Both the position numbers and the translations under genes were made by a program. From Octopus sinensis (taxonomy: Eukaryota), in assembly GCF_006345805.1 (NCBI RefSeq), contig NC_043001.1, positions 92,008,001 through 92,072,000 on the forward strand: a stretch of 64,000 bases of DNA, read 5' to 3'. The notes beneath the pieces are model-generated. The model was not told the DNA's origin. It searched no databases and was given only the letters and a program-made list of their open reading frames with translations. Below, piece after piece: positions 22,842-35,203 of the stretch (positions within the stretch are counted from its first letter, which is position 1; the number at the start of each line of letters is the position of its first letter).

Positions 22842-23559
22842 GTATACATACTGCACTGTGTTGCGAAGTGATACCCAGAGTAATATACGTAAAAGATATT
22901 ACAGTATCATCAAGTATGACAAAACTTAATCAATGTACAAGACTGGTTTTCATTGAAGTATTTATCACACATACACACGTTCATATACACCCACACGCAC
23001 GCGCGCGCACACAACACACACACACACACACACACACGTACACACACACACACGCACACCCAATCATACAAACACAAACTATACTTACTCCTGCTTATAT
23101 ATCTAACAGTAAACATCGAACACACGTTTTAAAAAGTTTTTTTTTCAACCACCACCACCCAAACGGCTTAATAAATGTTGTTTGAAGGCCAACACTTGAT
23201 CGGGTTTTATTATATGTTATGGTATCGATTGTCTTCGATCTCGTTGCTCCTAGTTAAACCTGAAAAGTAAAATGTATCTTTCCGTACATCGTGTTTTCTG
23301 CGTTGCGGCCGGCTTGGTTGTTTGACATAGCTGTGTGTTAAGAGGCTAGCTTTACAACTATATGTGTCTGTGTTCAGATCCGCTGCACGGCACTTTGGGT
23401 TAGTATTACGTGTAAGTTTGATGGATGGTAACTGAAAGCAAACATATATATATATTATATATAATATATATTATATATATATATATATATATACTATATA
23501 TATTATATATAATATGGTCAAACAAAATCCAATGCGTCTAATGTTCTGCGCAAGCAAAA

Positions 23560-23990
23560 TTTATATCAAATAAAATCGATGAAATGTGTACATGGAAGAG
23601 TAGAAAATTCAAAGTTTCATACAAGCAGGAGAACCCAGTGATGACTGTCAGACAGTTTCTGCGAACACATTTGGCCACCTCCCTCTCCAGACTGCAACCC
23701 GCTTGTTTATTATGTGTGCGGCGCAGCTGAGCGAGGGACCAACACCTGAAGGCAAGGATTATGACAGTATTCACCAGCTTAAACAAGGAGACCGCCCAGG
23801 AGAGTTGCAGGAGATTCTGAAGTCATCTGGAGGCTATGGTTGAAGCAATGGCGATTTTATTGAATAAATCTACTCTTTAGTATTACAAGTTATTTTTATG
23901 TAATTTTGGTAAATATACCTGTTAAAATAACATGTCAGTGCTATTTATATTTTTGCATAATTTAGACGACATTTTATTCATTGCACACTG
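23560..23990 (+). mobile_element. Tc1/mariner-superfamily transposon 3' fragment
   Basis: WPPPSPDCNPLVYYVCGAAER...LKARIMTVFTSLNKET...RRF*SHLEAMVEA, ending in TIR-like ...TTATTCATTGCACACTG|TA. Confidence 0.8.
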
Positions 23991-24547
23991 TATGTATGTA
24001 TATATATATAGTTATATATATATATGTGTGTGTGTGTATGTATATATATATATATATATATATATCACCTGTCAGATGTCAAAGATGAACCAACTTCACG
24101 GCCGGAGGTGCAGATGAGGGCAGCTGCATCAAACTCTCTCATGCACCAAAATGGCAGTTGCTAAAAAGCATTCGTGAGGTAAAATCATGTAGCAACACCA
24201 AATGGCGGTGCCCCAGCATGGCCACAGCTCAAGAGCTGAAACTGGAAAACATAGACAATATATATATATATATATCTATATATATAATTAAATAAGGGTA
24301 GAAATTGATATTAATCAATTAAAAAACCAGTGGCCTAGCACATTTTAAAAAAATCCGAAGATTAGAGATTTTTTTACATACAAAATTTAGAGGACTGACC
24401 ACTAAAAGTGGACAGCCTATATGCTAGATATAGACGTCAAAATCGCCATTTTCCACGAAGAATGTGTTCTCAAGAAAAATTCAGCAAAAAAACAAAGTGT
24501 AAAAATAAGCAAGACAAATGAAAATATACGCATATATGTGTTAGTGT

Positions 24548-24592
<45 letters not shown>

Positions 24593-24656
24593 ACACTAAC
24601 ACATATATGTAGTGTATGTGTATCTATGTCTCTCTCTCCCTCTTTACATATATATA

Positions 24657-25904
24657 TCAGGTTGAATAAGAAGGAAGCAACGTTTTGAACTACTAAGAAT
24701 TTGTACCGGAGTTTTGCAGTTTTTGAATTTTTTTGCAGTTGTCTGATAATGTAGACATAGACTTGTCCAAATGCATCAATAAATTAACATTGATATTTTT
24801 TTCACCGATGTTACAAACATCTCAAATGGAACTGTCAAAGCGCGATATTCGAGCAATTTTGCTATTCAACTACGAAAAAGGACGTAAAGCAGCTGAAACT
24901 ACTCGCGATATCAACGAAACATTTGGTGAGAAAATGACCAGTGAGTGGTCAGCTCGAAATTGGTTTAAACGATTTTGCTGTGGAGACCTGAGCCTTGAAG
25001 ATCGTGAGCTTTGTGGACGCCCATCTGTCATCGATGATGGTCAATTGAAGACCGTCATTGAGAAAGATCCACGTAAAACCAGTCGAGAACTGGCAAAAGA
25101 ACTTCAAGTTAGCCAGAAAACTGCCTGCTACCATTTGCATGCGATCAGAAAATCAAAAAAGCTCGACAAATGAGTACCACGCAATTTGAATGAAAATCAG
25201 AAAATGCACAGATATGAAATTTGCTCGTCACTTCTTCTCCGTAACCAGACCGATCCATTTCTCGACCTTACTGTAAATTGTGATGAAAAATGGATTCTGT
25301 ACAATAATAAAAAAAAAAAACGCTCTTTGCAGTGGTTGGACCAAATTAAAGCACCGAAAATCTTCTCTAAACCCGAGCTCTTCAAAAAGAAGGCTATTGT
25401 GACTGTTTGGTAGTGTATTACTGGACTCATCCACTATAACTTCTTAAAACCCGGAAAAACCATTACTGCAGAAGCATATTGCCATGAAATTGCCAAAATG
25501 AACGAAAATCTGCTACTCTTCCGTCCCAGACTGGTCAACAGAAGAGGGCCAATCATTCTTCATGACAATGCTCGATCACACGTTTCACTAATGACGCTCC
25601 AGAAGTTGAAGGAACTTGGCTACGAAGTTGTTCCGCACCAAGCTTATTCCGCAGATCTTTCTCTTTCCGACTACCACCTTTTCAAGCACCTTGATGGTTT
25701 CCTACTTAAAGTGCGTTCAAAGAGTTCATTAGCTCCAGAACTGCAGATTTTTATGTTACCGGAATAAACAAACTTGTTACTCGTCGGCAAAAAATGTGTT
25801 GATTGTAATGGTACTTACTTTGATGAATAGAATTTCCGCATTGTTGAAATATATTGTGAAGAATTTCATGTTTCAAAAAGTTGCTTAACTTTTACTCAGC
25901 CTGA
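24657..25904 (+). mobile_element. Near full-length mariner (D,D34D type), inactivated
   Basis: Imperfect TIRs TCAGGTTGAATAAG / TTTACTCAGCCTGA with TA flanks. ORF pieces with CDEKW, HDNARSH and YSADLSLSDYHLF. Stops and frameshifts. Confidence 0.95.
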
Positions 25905-26389
25905 TATATATAATGTAGAGATGAACCGCTATTTAGTTATTCAATCAATACTGAAACGATATTATTTATAATACCCACATAGAAATTAATTACATGTGTT
26001 ATAATTATTAATCTAAATATCACAAAACAAACCCAGAATAACTAAATGGCGGTTCGTCTCTAAATTCTATATATTTATATATATATATATTTATATAATA
26101 TATTGTGAATTTTTGATTTAGTGTGCTACATAGAATTTTTTTCCCTGTTGGCTTGGAATATTTATATTCCCTAACTATTAATAATATATATATATATATA
26201 TATATGTATACACACGCACACACACACACACATATATATGTATATATATATATATATATAGTAATGTATAAGTGTATTAATGCATATATGTATGTGTGTG
26301 TTTGTGTGTATGAAAACACACGCATACACCCGAGCAGGCACAAACACACTCACACACGCGCGCACACAAATGAATAAATTATACCAATA

Positions 26390-26428
<39 letters not shown>

Positions 26429-26510
26429 TAGCAGTAGATATAAAAGTGGAAATGGGAGAAAAAGGAGAGTGAGAGAGACGGAGAGAGGGGAAAGAGAGAG
26501 ACAGAGATGG

Positions 26511-26565
<55 letters not shown>

Positions 26566-26681
26566 GGAGGGGAAATTACCAGCATTAATATATCTTATTG
26601 CTGAATTCTAAACGTCAGTGCAAGGGAACCGGACAATCGTATGAATACTAACAATATAAAGTTCCTTATTTGTTCACTCAG

Positions 26682-26701
26682 GATGCAGACGACAGCTTTA
26701 C
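26682..26701 (+). other. Candidate short exon (unverified)
   Basis: TACTAAC at 26646-26652, ttccttatttgttcactcag acceptor, possible donor gtacgt at 26702. Confidence 0.25.
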
Positions 26702-27650
26702 GTACGTCATAACGTTGTCGTCTGCGAAAATATTGTTGCTGGAGAGAATGTTGTATGTATCGCAATGCTTGTGGGTGGGTGTAGGAAAGTCAAATAGTTG
26801 TGTCTGTAGCTGCTGTGTTTGTGATTAAAAATCATTAAATAATGACACAGAGTTGAATAAATATGTTTTTAAACATAAAAATGATTTGCTGGGCTTCCGT
26901 GGAGCAAGGGAGATAATAAAGTAAAATGCAAGAATAATAAGTGACCGTTCTGCCCCTCCTTTATCTCACTCGCTTTTCTCTCTCCCACTCTTTCGCTCCC
27001 TCTCTCTCCCAGCCCCTCTTTCTCTCTGTCCCTCTCTCTCCCTGCCTCTCTCTCTCCCTGCTTCTCTCTCTCTCTCTCTCTTCCAGCCCCCCTCTCTCTC
27101 TGCCCTCTCTCTCTCTCTCCTTCTACCTTTCTCTCTCCTTCTCGCCTCTGTATCATTTTTAATATATAAATATATATATGTGCTTGTGTCTGTGTGTGTA
27201 TGCGTTTACGCGCGCGCGCGTGTGTGTGTAGGTGTGTGTGCGTGTGTGTGCGCGTGTATAACAAGTACACTTGTTGCCGATTCTGTTTAGTCCTAAGTTC
27301 AATCCGAATGAAAGGCGCTCCAGTCATGGCAATCTACCTCTTTTTTTTTTGACTTGATATATTTAAGACTACACAATCCAATTTGTCATTTTTTCTCCTT
27401 CGTTTTCTTTTTCTTTCTCATATATAACTGAGCATACTTAGTGAAATTTTGACTGCTATTTCTAGCAGTCTCAGTTAATGGTAGCTTATTTTTCAAAACA
27501 TACATACATGTATTAATATATAATTATGTATTTAAAGGAATCAATAGTGTACCGATTCCGCTCCCGTAGAACTACTTTGCCTTCAAATATTTAAGGAAAT
27601 GATCAACATCGATTATGCTTACCAGAGGACAACGTTATTAAATAACTCTA

Positions 27651-27969
27651 AAAAAAAAAAAATGTCACCCTCTTCAAGCCTAGCCAGGCTCATGGGCCCG
27701 GTTTCCCCTTATCTTTGGCGTATGAGTTCCCCCCAGCTGAACGGGACGCCAGTCCATCGCAGCGTTACTCAAGAAACAGGAAGAGAGAGAGAGTGAGAGA
27801 AAGTTGTGGCGAAAGAGTACAACAGGGGTCACCACCACCCCCTGCCGGAGCCTCGTGGAGCATTTAGGTGGTTTTGCTCAATAAACACTCACAACGCCTG
27901 GTCTGGGACTCGAAACCACGATCCTCCGACCGCGAGTCCGCTGCCCTAACCACTGGGCCACTGCGCCTC
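27651..27969 (-). mobile_element. SINE-C, tail type 3
   Basis: Same head and body. Tail GAGTAACGCTGCGATGGACTGGCGTCCCG...GAAACCGGGCCCATGAGCCTGGCTAGGC, shared with SINE-D at 30790-31028. Confidence 0.9.
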
Positions 27970-27979
27970 GAAATAACTC

Positions 27980-28170
27980 TACTTTTATCTTTTACTCGTT
28001 TCACTTCTTTGATTGCGACCATGCTGGAGGTATCGCCTTGAAGGGTTTTGGTCGATAAATCGATCGTGGAATTTAAGTTTTTAAAGCTTTGAACATATTC
28101 AACCGGTTCTTTTTGCTGAACCGCTAGATAACGGGGAAGTAAACACACCAACACTGGTGGTGGAGGACAC
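27980..28170 (-). mobile_element. SINE-B tail fragment
   Basis: Homology to the SINE-B 3' half. Confidence 0.65.
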
Positions 28171-28216
28171 GGACACAATGACATACACAAATATTATAGA
28201 TGCATACACATATATA

Positions 28217-28636
28217 CGCAGGGGTGTCTGTGTGGTAAGTAGCTTGCTTACAAACCACATGGTTCCAGGTTCAGTCCCACTGCGTGGCACCTTGGGCAAG
28301 TGTCTTCTACTACAGCCTCGGACCGACCAAAGCCTTGCGAGTGGATTTGGCAAACAGAAACTGAAAGAAGCCCGTCGTATATATATATATGTTTCTTTAT
28401 TGCCCACAAGGGGCTAATCATAGAGAGGACAAACAAATACAGACAAAGGGATTAAGTCGATTACATCGACCCCAGAGCGTAACTGGTACTTAATTTATCG
28501 ACCCCGAAAGGATGAAAGGCAAAGTCGACCTCGGCGGAATTTGAACTCAGAACGTAGCGACAGACGAAATACCGCTAAGCATTTCGCCCGGCGTGCTAAC
28601 GTTTCTGCTAGCTCGCCTTATTTTTATATATATATA

Positions 28637-28711
<75 letters not shown>

Positions 28712-28927
28712 ATATATATGTATGTGTGTGTGTGTGTGTGTGTGGTGTGTGTATTTGTGTGTCTGTGTTAGTCCCCCTAACGTCGCTTGACGACCGATGC
28801 TGGTGTGTTTACGTCCCTGTAACTTAGCGATTCGGCAAAAGTAACCGATAGAATAAGTACTAGGCTTCCAAAGAATAAGTCCTGGGGTCGATTTGCTCGA
28901 CTGAAGGCGGTGCTCCAGCAGTCAAAA
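28217..28927 (+). mobile_element. SINE-B split by a nested SINE-A
   Basis: Head 28217-28380, tail 28745-28927. Confidence 0.88.
28392..28617 (-). mobile_element. SINE-A nested in the SINE-B internal microsatellite
   Basis: Full unit homologous to 25-258. Confidence 0.92.
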
Positions 28928-29330
28928 TGGCCCTGGAGGAATTGGTTGATTAAACTTATGTACGGTTTGTACATAATGTTTAGGCAAGCAGTGGGCCTGT
29001 AGTTTCCTACCATCTCAGTGATTTCATTTTTGGCAACAAGATTTATCCTTGCTGTAGCAAGCCAATTTGGTATATCAGTCTGACCTTCCATAGTCCTTTT
29101 GAACATACATATAAGTTGATTTCTATAAAATATCATCTTGTACCAATATACAACTATTAGATCCCTTCCCGATGCCTTTGCATTCTAAAGTTTGCCTACT
29201 GCTATAGCAAAGATTTCCGAATCAATTTTGTATGTTTTACTGTTAGTGTTGGTAAAGTATTCTCTCTCAATTCTGTGTAACCATGACTCCATCCCTCATA
29301 CATAGATGTTGAAGTGCCGTCATCTGCCAA
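28928..29330 (-). pseudogene. R4/Dong-like (RLE-type) LINE RT N-terminal fragment
   Basis: GRDLIVVYWYK...IPNWLATARINLVAK...GNYRPTACLNIMYKPYISLI. Confidence 0.75.
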
Positions 29331-29384
29331 AAGTACCTACTACCTTAATTGCTGTTATAGAGTGACTCCCCTCCCCACGCCACC

Positions 29385-29578
29385 AGTGTTAATCAAGGGA
29401 AAGGCAAAAGCCGATACAGATTAGCACTTGTGACGTCGCAACTCATTTCTACAGCTGAGTGAACTGGAGTAACGTGAAATAAAGTGTCTTGCTCAAGAAC
29501 ACGACACGCATCCCGGTCCGGGAATCGAACTCACGATCGTAAGCTCGACGCACTAACCACTGAGCCATGCGCCTTCCC
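29385..29578 (-). mobile_element. SINE-D
   Basis: Head GGCGCATGGCTCAGTGGTTAG, GAGTTCGATTCC, CORE-like block. Confidence 0.8.
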
Positions 29579-29597
29579 CCCCCCACACACACACATA

Positions 29598-29760
29598 TGA
29601 CGGGCTTTTTTCAGTTGTTATCTACTAAATCCACTCATAAGGCATTGGTCGACCCGAGGCTATAGTAGAAGATACTAACTAAGGTGCCATGCAGTAGGAC
29701 TGAACCCGAAACCATGTGGTTGGGAAGCAAGAGTCTTACCACACATCCACTCCTGCGCCT
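29598..29760 (-). mobile_element. SINE-B head/CORE fragment
   Basis: Homology to 22180-22335. Confidence 0.85.
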
Positions 29761-29834
29761 ATGTTTATTAAGTTCTAACACCAGGTATTTAATATTACAA
29801 TACCTAAGCGAAATCTTAAAAATATCTATCATAT

Positions 29835-30132
29835 GAGTGGCTGTGTGGTAAGTAGCTTGATTACCAACCACATGGTTCCGGGTTCATTCCCACTACGTGG
29901 CACCTTGGGCAAGTGTCTTCTACTATAGAAGCCTTGTGAGTTGGTTTGGTAGACGGAAACTGAAAGAAGCCCGTCGCATATATGTATGTGTGTCTTTGTT
30001 TGTCCCCCAAGAGGCCGATAGAATGAGTACTAGGCTTCCAAAGAATAAGTCCTGGGGTCGATTTGCTCGACTAAAGGCGGTGCTCCAGCATGGCCGCAGT
30101 CAATGACTGAAACAAGTAAAAGAGTAAAGAGA
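29835..30132 (+). mobile_element. SINE-B with internal deletions
   Basis: Head to AAGTAAAAGAGTAAAGAG tail. Confidence 0.88.
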
Positions 30133-30162
30133 GAGATATCTGTATATTTAACTTATAGTATT

Positions 30163-30700
30163 GTTTCAAATTTTGACACAAGTCCAGCAATTCTCGTGGT
30201 GGCAGTAAGTCAAAGCGATCCCAGTGTACTTATTTTTTCCATCCCAAAAGGATGAAACGTAAACTTGACCCCGGCGGTATTTGAACTCAGAAGGTAAAGG
30301 CATACGCAGTGCCGTTTAGCATTTTGTCTTGCGTCATAACGAATCTGCCAGCTCAATGTTGTATTTAGTTTATAGCATACAAGTATAAAAGTACTCGATA
30401 TAATTTTGTATGTGAAGTGTAGAGAATCTGATATACGTTTATTTTATGTGTATGGTAAACATAGTATGTAATTCACACATTTCCTCGCATATATACTAGC
30501 TTCAAATTTTGGCACAGCGCTAACAATTTCGGGGAAGGAGTAAGTCGATTACATCGACCTCGTGTTCAACTGGTACTTATTTTATCGACCCCGAAATAAA
30601 CGAAAGGCAAAATGTACTTAGGATGAATTTGCATGGAAAGGTGGAATGTAAAGACAGACGAAATGCAGCAAAGCAAATTGTCAGGTGTACTAACTATTTT
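30163..30700 (-). mobile_element. Two old SINE-A copies (30163-30355, 30500-30700)
   Basis: Diverged central domain and TTCAAATTTTGGCACA tail. Confidence 0.7.
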
Positions 30701-30789
30701 GCCATCTCGCTGCTTTTTAACTCGCACATATATTGTAACCGTGTATATTTTCCTAGCCCTTTGTGTATACATATATAAAAAAAAATAAT

Positions 30790-31028
30790 AAATGCGCCCT
30801 TTTAAAGCCTAGCCAGGGTCATGGGCCCGGTTTCCCGGTTTCGATGGCGTATGTGTTCCCCAGCTGGACGGGACGCCAGTCCATCGCAGCGTTACTCTGA
30901 GTGGACTGGAGCAACGTGAAATGAAGTGTTTTGCTCAAGAACACAACACGTCGCCCGGTCCAGGAATCGAAACCACAATCTTACGATCATGATGCTGACA
31001 CCCTAACCACTAAGCTACGCGCCTCCAC
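30790..31028 (-). mobile_element. SINE-D head with tail type 3
   Basis: Tail nearly identical to that of SINE-C at 27651-27780. Confidence 0.85.
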
Positions 31029-31051
31029 GTATACATATATGCATGTCTATA

Positions 31052-31113
<62 letters not shown>

Positions 31114-31496
31114 TGTGTGTGTGTGATGGGGGCATGTGTGTATTTACGTGTTTGTTGTGAATACGTGACTGCTACCTCTGACGCAAAAACTACATTATCT
31201 TACTCAACTAAGGCGGTTATCATCAGCCGGGAGCTTGCACGGACATCCTTCAGGACGAGGGTTCCACTGAACGTCGGCATTAAGTGCTGTTACAAGTATT
31301 TTAATATGTTAATAAGCAGATAAGTGCATTAGAGTGTTCCAGTGGGAATGGACACGGTCGGACATAAAGTTGCAGCTACTTTGAAACCACATCGAAAGGT
31401 CATCACGCCACTGTGTGTGTTTTGTATTGTATTATAAAGTTGTTCGCTAAGTAGTAGTGCTTCATTTGTGTGTCAGCGTCTGAATTATCAATAAGT

Positions 31497-31553
31497 AATA
31501 ATAACAACAACAACAATGATGATGATGACGATGATGATGATGATGATGATGAC

Positions 31554-31585
<32 letters not shown>

Positions 31586-31686
31586 CGATGACGATGACGA
31601 TGATGATGATGATGATGATGACGACGATGATGATGATGACAACGATGATGACGATGATGATGACGATGATGATGATGAGGATGATG

Positions 31687-31719
<33 letters not shown>

Positions 31720-31778
31720 CGACGACGATGATGACGATGACGACGACGACGATGATGATGATGATGATGATGATGATA
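31497..31778. repeat. (AAT/AAC)n then long (GAT/GAC)n microsatellite
   Basis: Direct. Confidence 0.97.
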
Positions 31779-31784
31779 GTAGAG

Positions 31785-32076
31785 TCTAAAAATGATCTGT
31801 AAATTGAGGTGACTCGAATGTGGAGTCACCTCAAAAACAAACAATTCTTATCATAGTAAGCGCATTAGGTATACTCTTTTACTTGATTCAGTCATGTGAC
31901 TGTGGCCATGCTGGAGCACCGCCTTTAGTCGAGCAAATCGACCCCAGGACTTATTCTTTGTAAACCTAGTACTTATTCTATTGTAAACCTAGTACTTACT
32001 CTTTTGCCGAATCGCTAAGTTGCGGGGACATAAGCACACCAGCATCAGTTGTCAAGCGATGTTGGGGGGGGGGGTG

Positions 32077-32112
<36 letters not shown>

Positions 32113-32194
32113 TATACACACCGCAAATACATTATATAATATATACATTTATATATATATAATTATATAATATATATATATATATAATAATATT

Positions 32195-32228
<34 letters not shown>

Positions 32229-32640
32229 CAACCGGGCTTCTTTCAGTTTGCGTCGACCAAATCCACTCACAAGGCTTTGGTCGGCCCGAGGCTATAGTAG
32301 AAGACACTTGCCCAAGGTGCCACGCAGTGTGAGTGAACTCGGAACCATGTGGTTGGTAAGCAAGCTACTTACCACACAGCCACACTTACGCCTATGATAA
32401 AAAAAATTTTCAGACAAATACATAACAAAAACACCAGGACTAACAAGTATATATAACATACAGAAAATAGCACTTCTAGGCATCGCATACTTCCTACGTA
32501 AAACACTTTCAATACAGTAAAAATAAGAGCATCACGGCAAACCAGAGTACATACCCAAGGTACACCGAGATCTGCTCAGTAGCGCAGTGAAAGCACGGGA
32601 TAAGAATAAGACTGCTGAACAACCATAATGATAACAATAT
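31785..32640 (+). mobile_element. RLE LINE 3' fragment (family as 34655-34990) interrupted by SINE-B
   Basis: DL*IEVTRMW...IIVSALG (31785-31870) resumes as MIKK...ITKTPGLTSIYNIQKIALLGIAYFLRKTLSIQ* (32395-32520), followed by 3' UTR. Confidence 0.8.
31871..32394 (-). mobile_element. SINE-B, complete
   Basis: All modules present, internal (CA)(TA) tract. Confidence 0.92.
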
Positions 32641-32699
32641 GTAATTCCCGAAACATTTTAATCTTTAAACAGTGTCAAAATGCTTTTAAATGTACATGA

Positions 32700-32936
32700 T
32701 AGCAAATATCTTCTACTATCATCTTAACATCACGCCATCGTCTAATAGTCAAATTACTTTTATAACAAACTTTTGATTTTCTTATGTTTTCACAGGCACT
32801 CCCTAAAACAATACTTTGTGCAAAACCGAAAATATGGCACCCCAGTCGTAACACCACCTTGAACTTCTAACTTGTTTCTCTTGAGGTCTCTGAGTGCGAC
32901 TTGGAGTCAACTAGTACAAAGCAAAAGCCAACCATA
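32700..32936 (+). mobile_element. RLE LINE 3' end (family as 33179-33905)
   Basis: GAGGTCTCTGAGTGCGACTTGGAGTCAACTAGTACAAAGCAAAAG matches the reverse complement of about 33185-33245. Confidence 0.7.
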
Positions 32937-32979
<43 letters not shown>

Positions 32980-33028
32980 GTTGCTGCTACTGCTGCTGCT
33001 GCTGCTGCAGCTACTGCTACTGCTGCTG

Positions 33029-33087
<59 letters not shown>

Positions 33088-33122
33088 GTTAATAATAATA
33101 ATAATAATAATGAAATTCTTCG

Positions 33123-33167
<45 letters not shown>

Positions 33168-33178
33168 CATCATCATTC
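32937..33178. repeat. (TAC)n-(TGC)n-(TAA)n-(TTA)n compound microsatellite
   Basis: Direct. Confidence 0.97.
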
Positions 33179-33905
33179 TATGTTTGACTTTTGCTTTACA
33201 TTTGTACAAGTTGGCTCCAAGTCTCACCCAGAGACTTCAAGAGACAACAGGTTGTAAGTTCATGTTGTTGTTATGCCTAGTGTGCCATATATTTGGTTTT
33301 GTATTTAGTGTTGTACTAGTGAATGTCTAAAAAAAACCATACGAAAATTATGTTGTTTTAAAACTTGAGATTACATAGAAAGTATTTTGTGTAGGATATG
33401 AGCAGTTCCCATGAGCACTCTCTTTTGAATTTCTGCAATTTTTGGGTTTCCTGATATCTGAGTTAGATAGCAATCAGCCCCTTTTACTATCATTCCCAGG
33501 GCACCTATGACAACAGGTATTGTTTTAGTCTTCAGGTTCCACATTTTGCTGATTTCTATTTCCAGATCTTTATATTTGCTCAGTTTTTAGTAGGTCTTGA
33601 CAGATACGTTTATATCGATTGGGACAGTCATATCAATGAGGAGACATGTTCTTTGTCTGAAGTCTTTCAATATGATGTCTGGCCTATTTGCATCTATCTT
33701 TCTGTCAGTTTGAATGGTGAAGTTCCAGAGGAGTGAGATGTGGTCATTTTCAAGCACTGGAGGTGGTTTGTGTTCCCACCAGTTTTTTTTCATGGAGCAA
33801 ATCCAGGTTTTTGCAAATTACCCAGTGAATGTATTGTGCAGCTCTATCATGCCTGTTGAGATACTTTGTAGGCTCTAGAAGACTGCACTTCGAGACAACA
33901 TGATC
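33179..33905 (-). pseudogene. R4/Dong-like LINE C-terminus (zinc-finger end + PD-(D/E)xK restriction-like endonuclease) and 3' UTR
   Basis: HVVSKC...RHDRAAQYIHW...LLWNFTIQTDRKIDANRPDIILKD...LLIDMTVP...KLSKYKDLEIE. Ends in (TAA)n. Confidence 0.9.
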
Positions 33906-33928
33906 AATGGTTTTATTATTATTATTAC

Positions 33929-33985
<57 letters not shown>

Positions 33986-34000
33986 CATTATTATTATTAC

Positions 34001-34590
34001 TTTTTTTTTTCCTCTTTCAAATTTGCTTCCATTTCTTGCCGAGTGTCTTCCCGACTCCTAGGGCAAAGAAACTCATAGTATACATTGGTAGGCCATTAAA
34101 CTAAACTCAATAGTTCGTTCATTTTTTTTTTTTTTAAGTTAAATTAAAATACATGGGTAGTAATAATTCTCACATCGACAATGCTCTTCTCAATACGTGT
34201 GATGTACCAATTAAGACAATCTTTTGCACTTCTTGCAGGGATGGTAAGCCAGGGATCATTCTCATATAATTTTCGGTTCCCTTCTTGATCATTCTTAGTG
34301 CTCCTACGATCACTGGTATTGTAACCGCCTTGAGATGCCACATTTTCTCAATTTCAATGAGTAGGTCTTTATATTTTCTGAGCTTGTCAAACTCTTTCGC
34401 TGAGATATTATGATCACAGGGGATGCTCATGTCGATCAATAAGCAAACTTTATTGTTTTGGTCTTTCACAACAATATCTGGTTTATTGGCCTTGATGTTT
34501 CGGTCTGTATGTACTGGAAAGTCCCACAGAATGGTTACATTTTCTCCTTCAGTTACAGCCTCAGGGTGGTGATTATACCACTTGTCGGCA
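34001..34590 (-). pseudogene. Second R4/Dong-like RLE LINE 3' fragment
   Basis: WYNHHPE...ILWDFPVHTDRNIKANKPDIVVKD...LIDMSIP...KLRKYKDLLIE...IPVIVGAL. (TAA)n on both sides. Confidence 0.9.
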
Positions 34591-34654
34591 GTTTTGATAT
34601 TATTATTATCATCTATTATTATTATCATTATTATTATTATCATTATTATTATTC

Positions 34655-34990
34655 AGTAGTTTTATTTTTATAGCGTGCTTTCACTTCACTACCGAGCGCA
34701 GCTCTGTGTGCCTTGGGTATGTGCTGTGATTTGTTGTGATGCTCTGATGGTTATTGTATGGAAAGTGTTCTGCGTAGGATGTGTGCAGTGCCTAGTAGTG
34801 CAATTTTCTGTATGTTATATTGTTTTGTAAGTCCTGTTGTTTGGTTATGTATTTGTCTGAATATTTTTTTATCATGCCTAATGCACCTACTCTGATAGGA
34901 ATTGTTTTCTGTTTTCAGATTCCACATTCTAGTTACCTCTATTTCCAGGTCTTTGTATTTTGAGAGTTTCTCCATTTCTTTTAGAGACAC
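34655..34990 (-). pseudogene. Third R4/Dong-like RLE LINE 3' fragment
   Basis: EMEKLSKYKDLEIEVTRMWNLKT...IQKIALLGTAHILRRTLSIQ*. The 3' UTR ends in (TAA)n. Confidence 0.88.
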
Positions 34991-35138
34991 GTGGGGGTGC
35001 TTGCCTCCACTTCACAAATATAAGGACATACGGGACTGTCACGTTAAGTTGACAGTATACAACCACTCTATCGCTCCACCACCGCTCATGTCTCTTTGAG
35101 ACTTTAGAAATTTTATATTTCTGATTATATATTCTGAT

Positions 35139-35203
<65 letters not shown>

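Noticed and set aside
31470-31844. Poly-Asp / poly-His ORFs
   Set aside because: (GAT)n microsatellite; open in several frames on both strands
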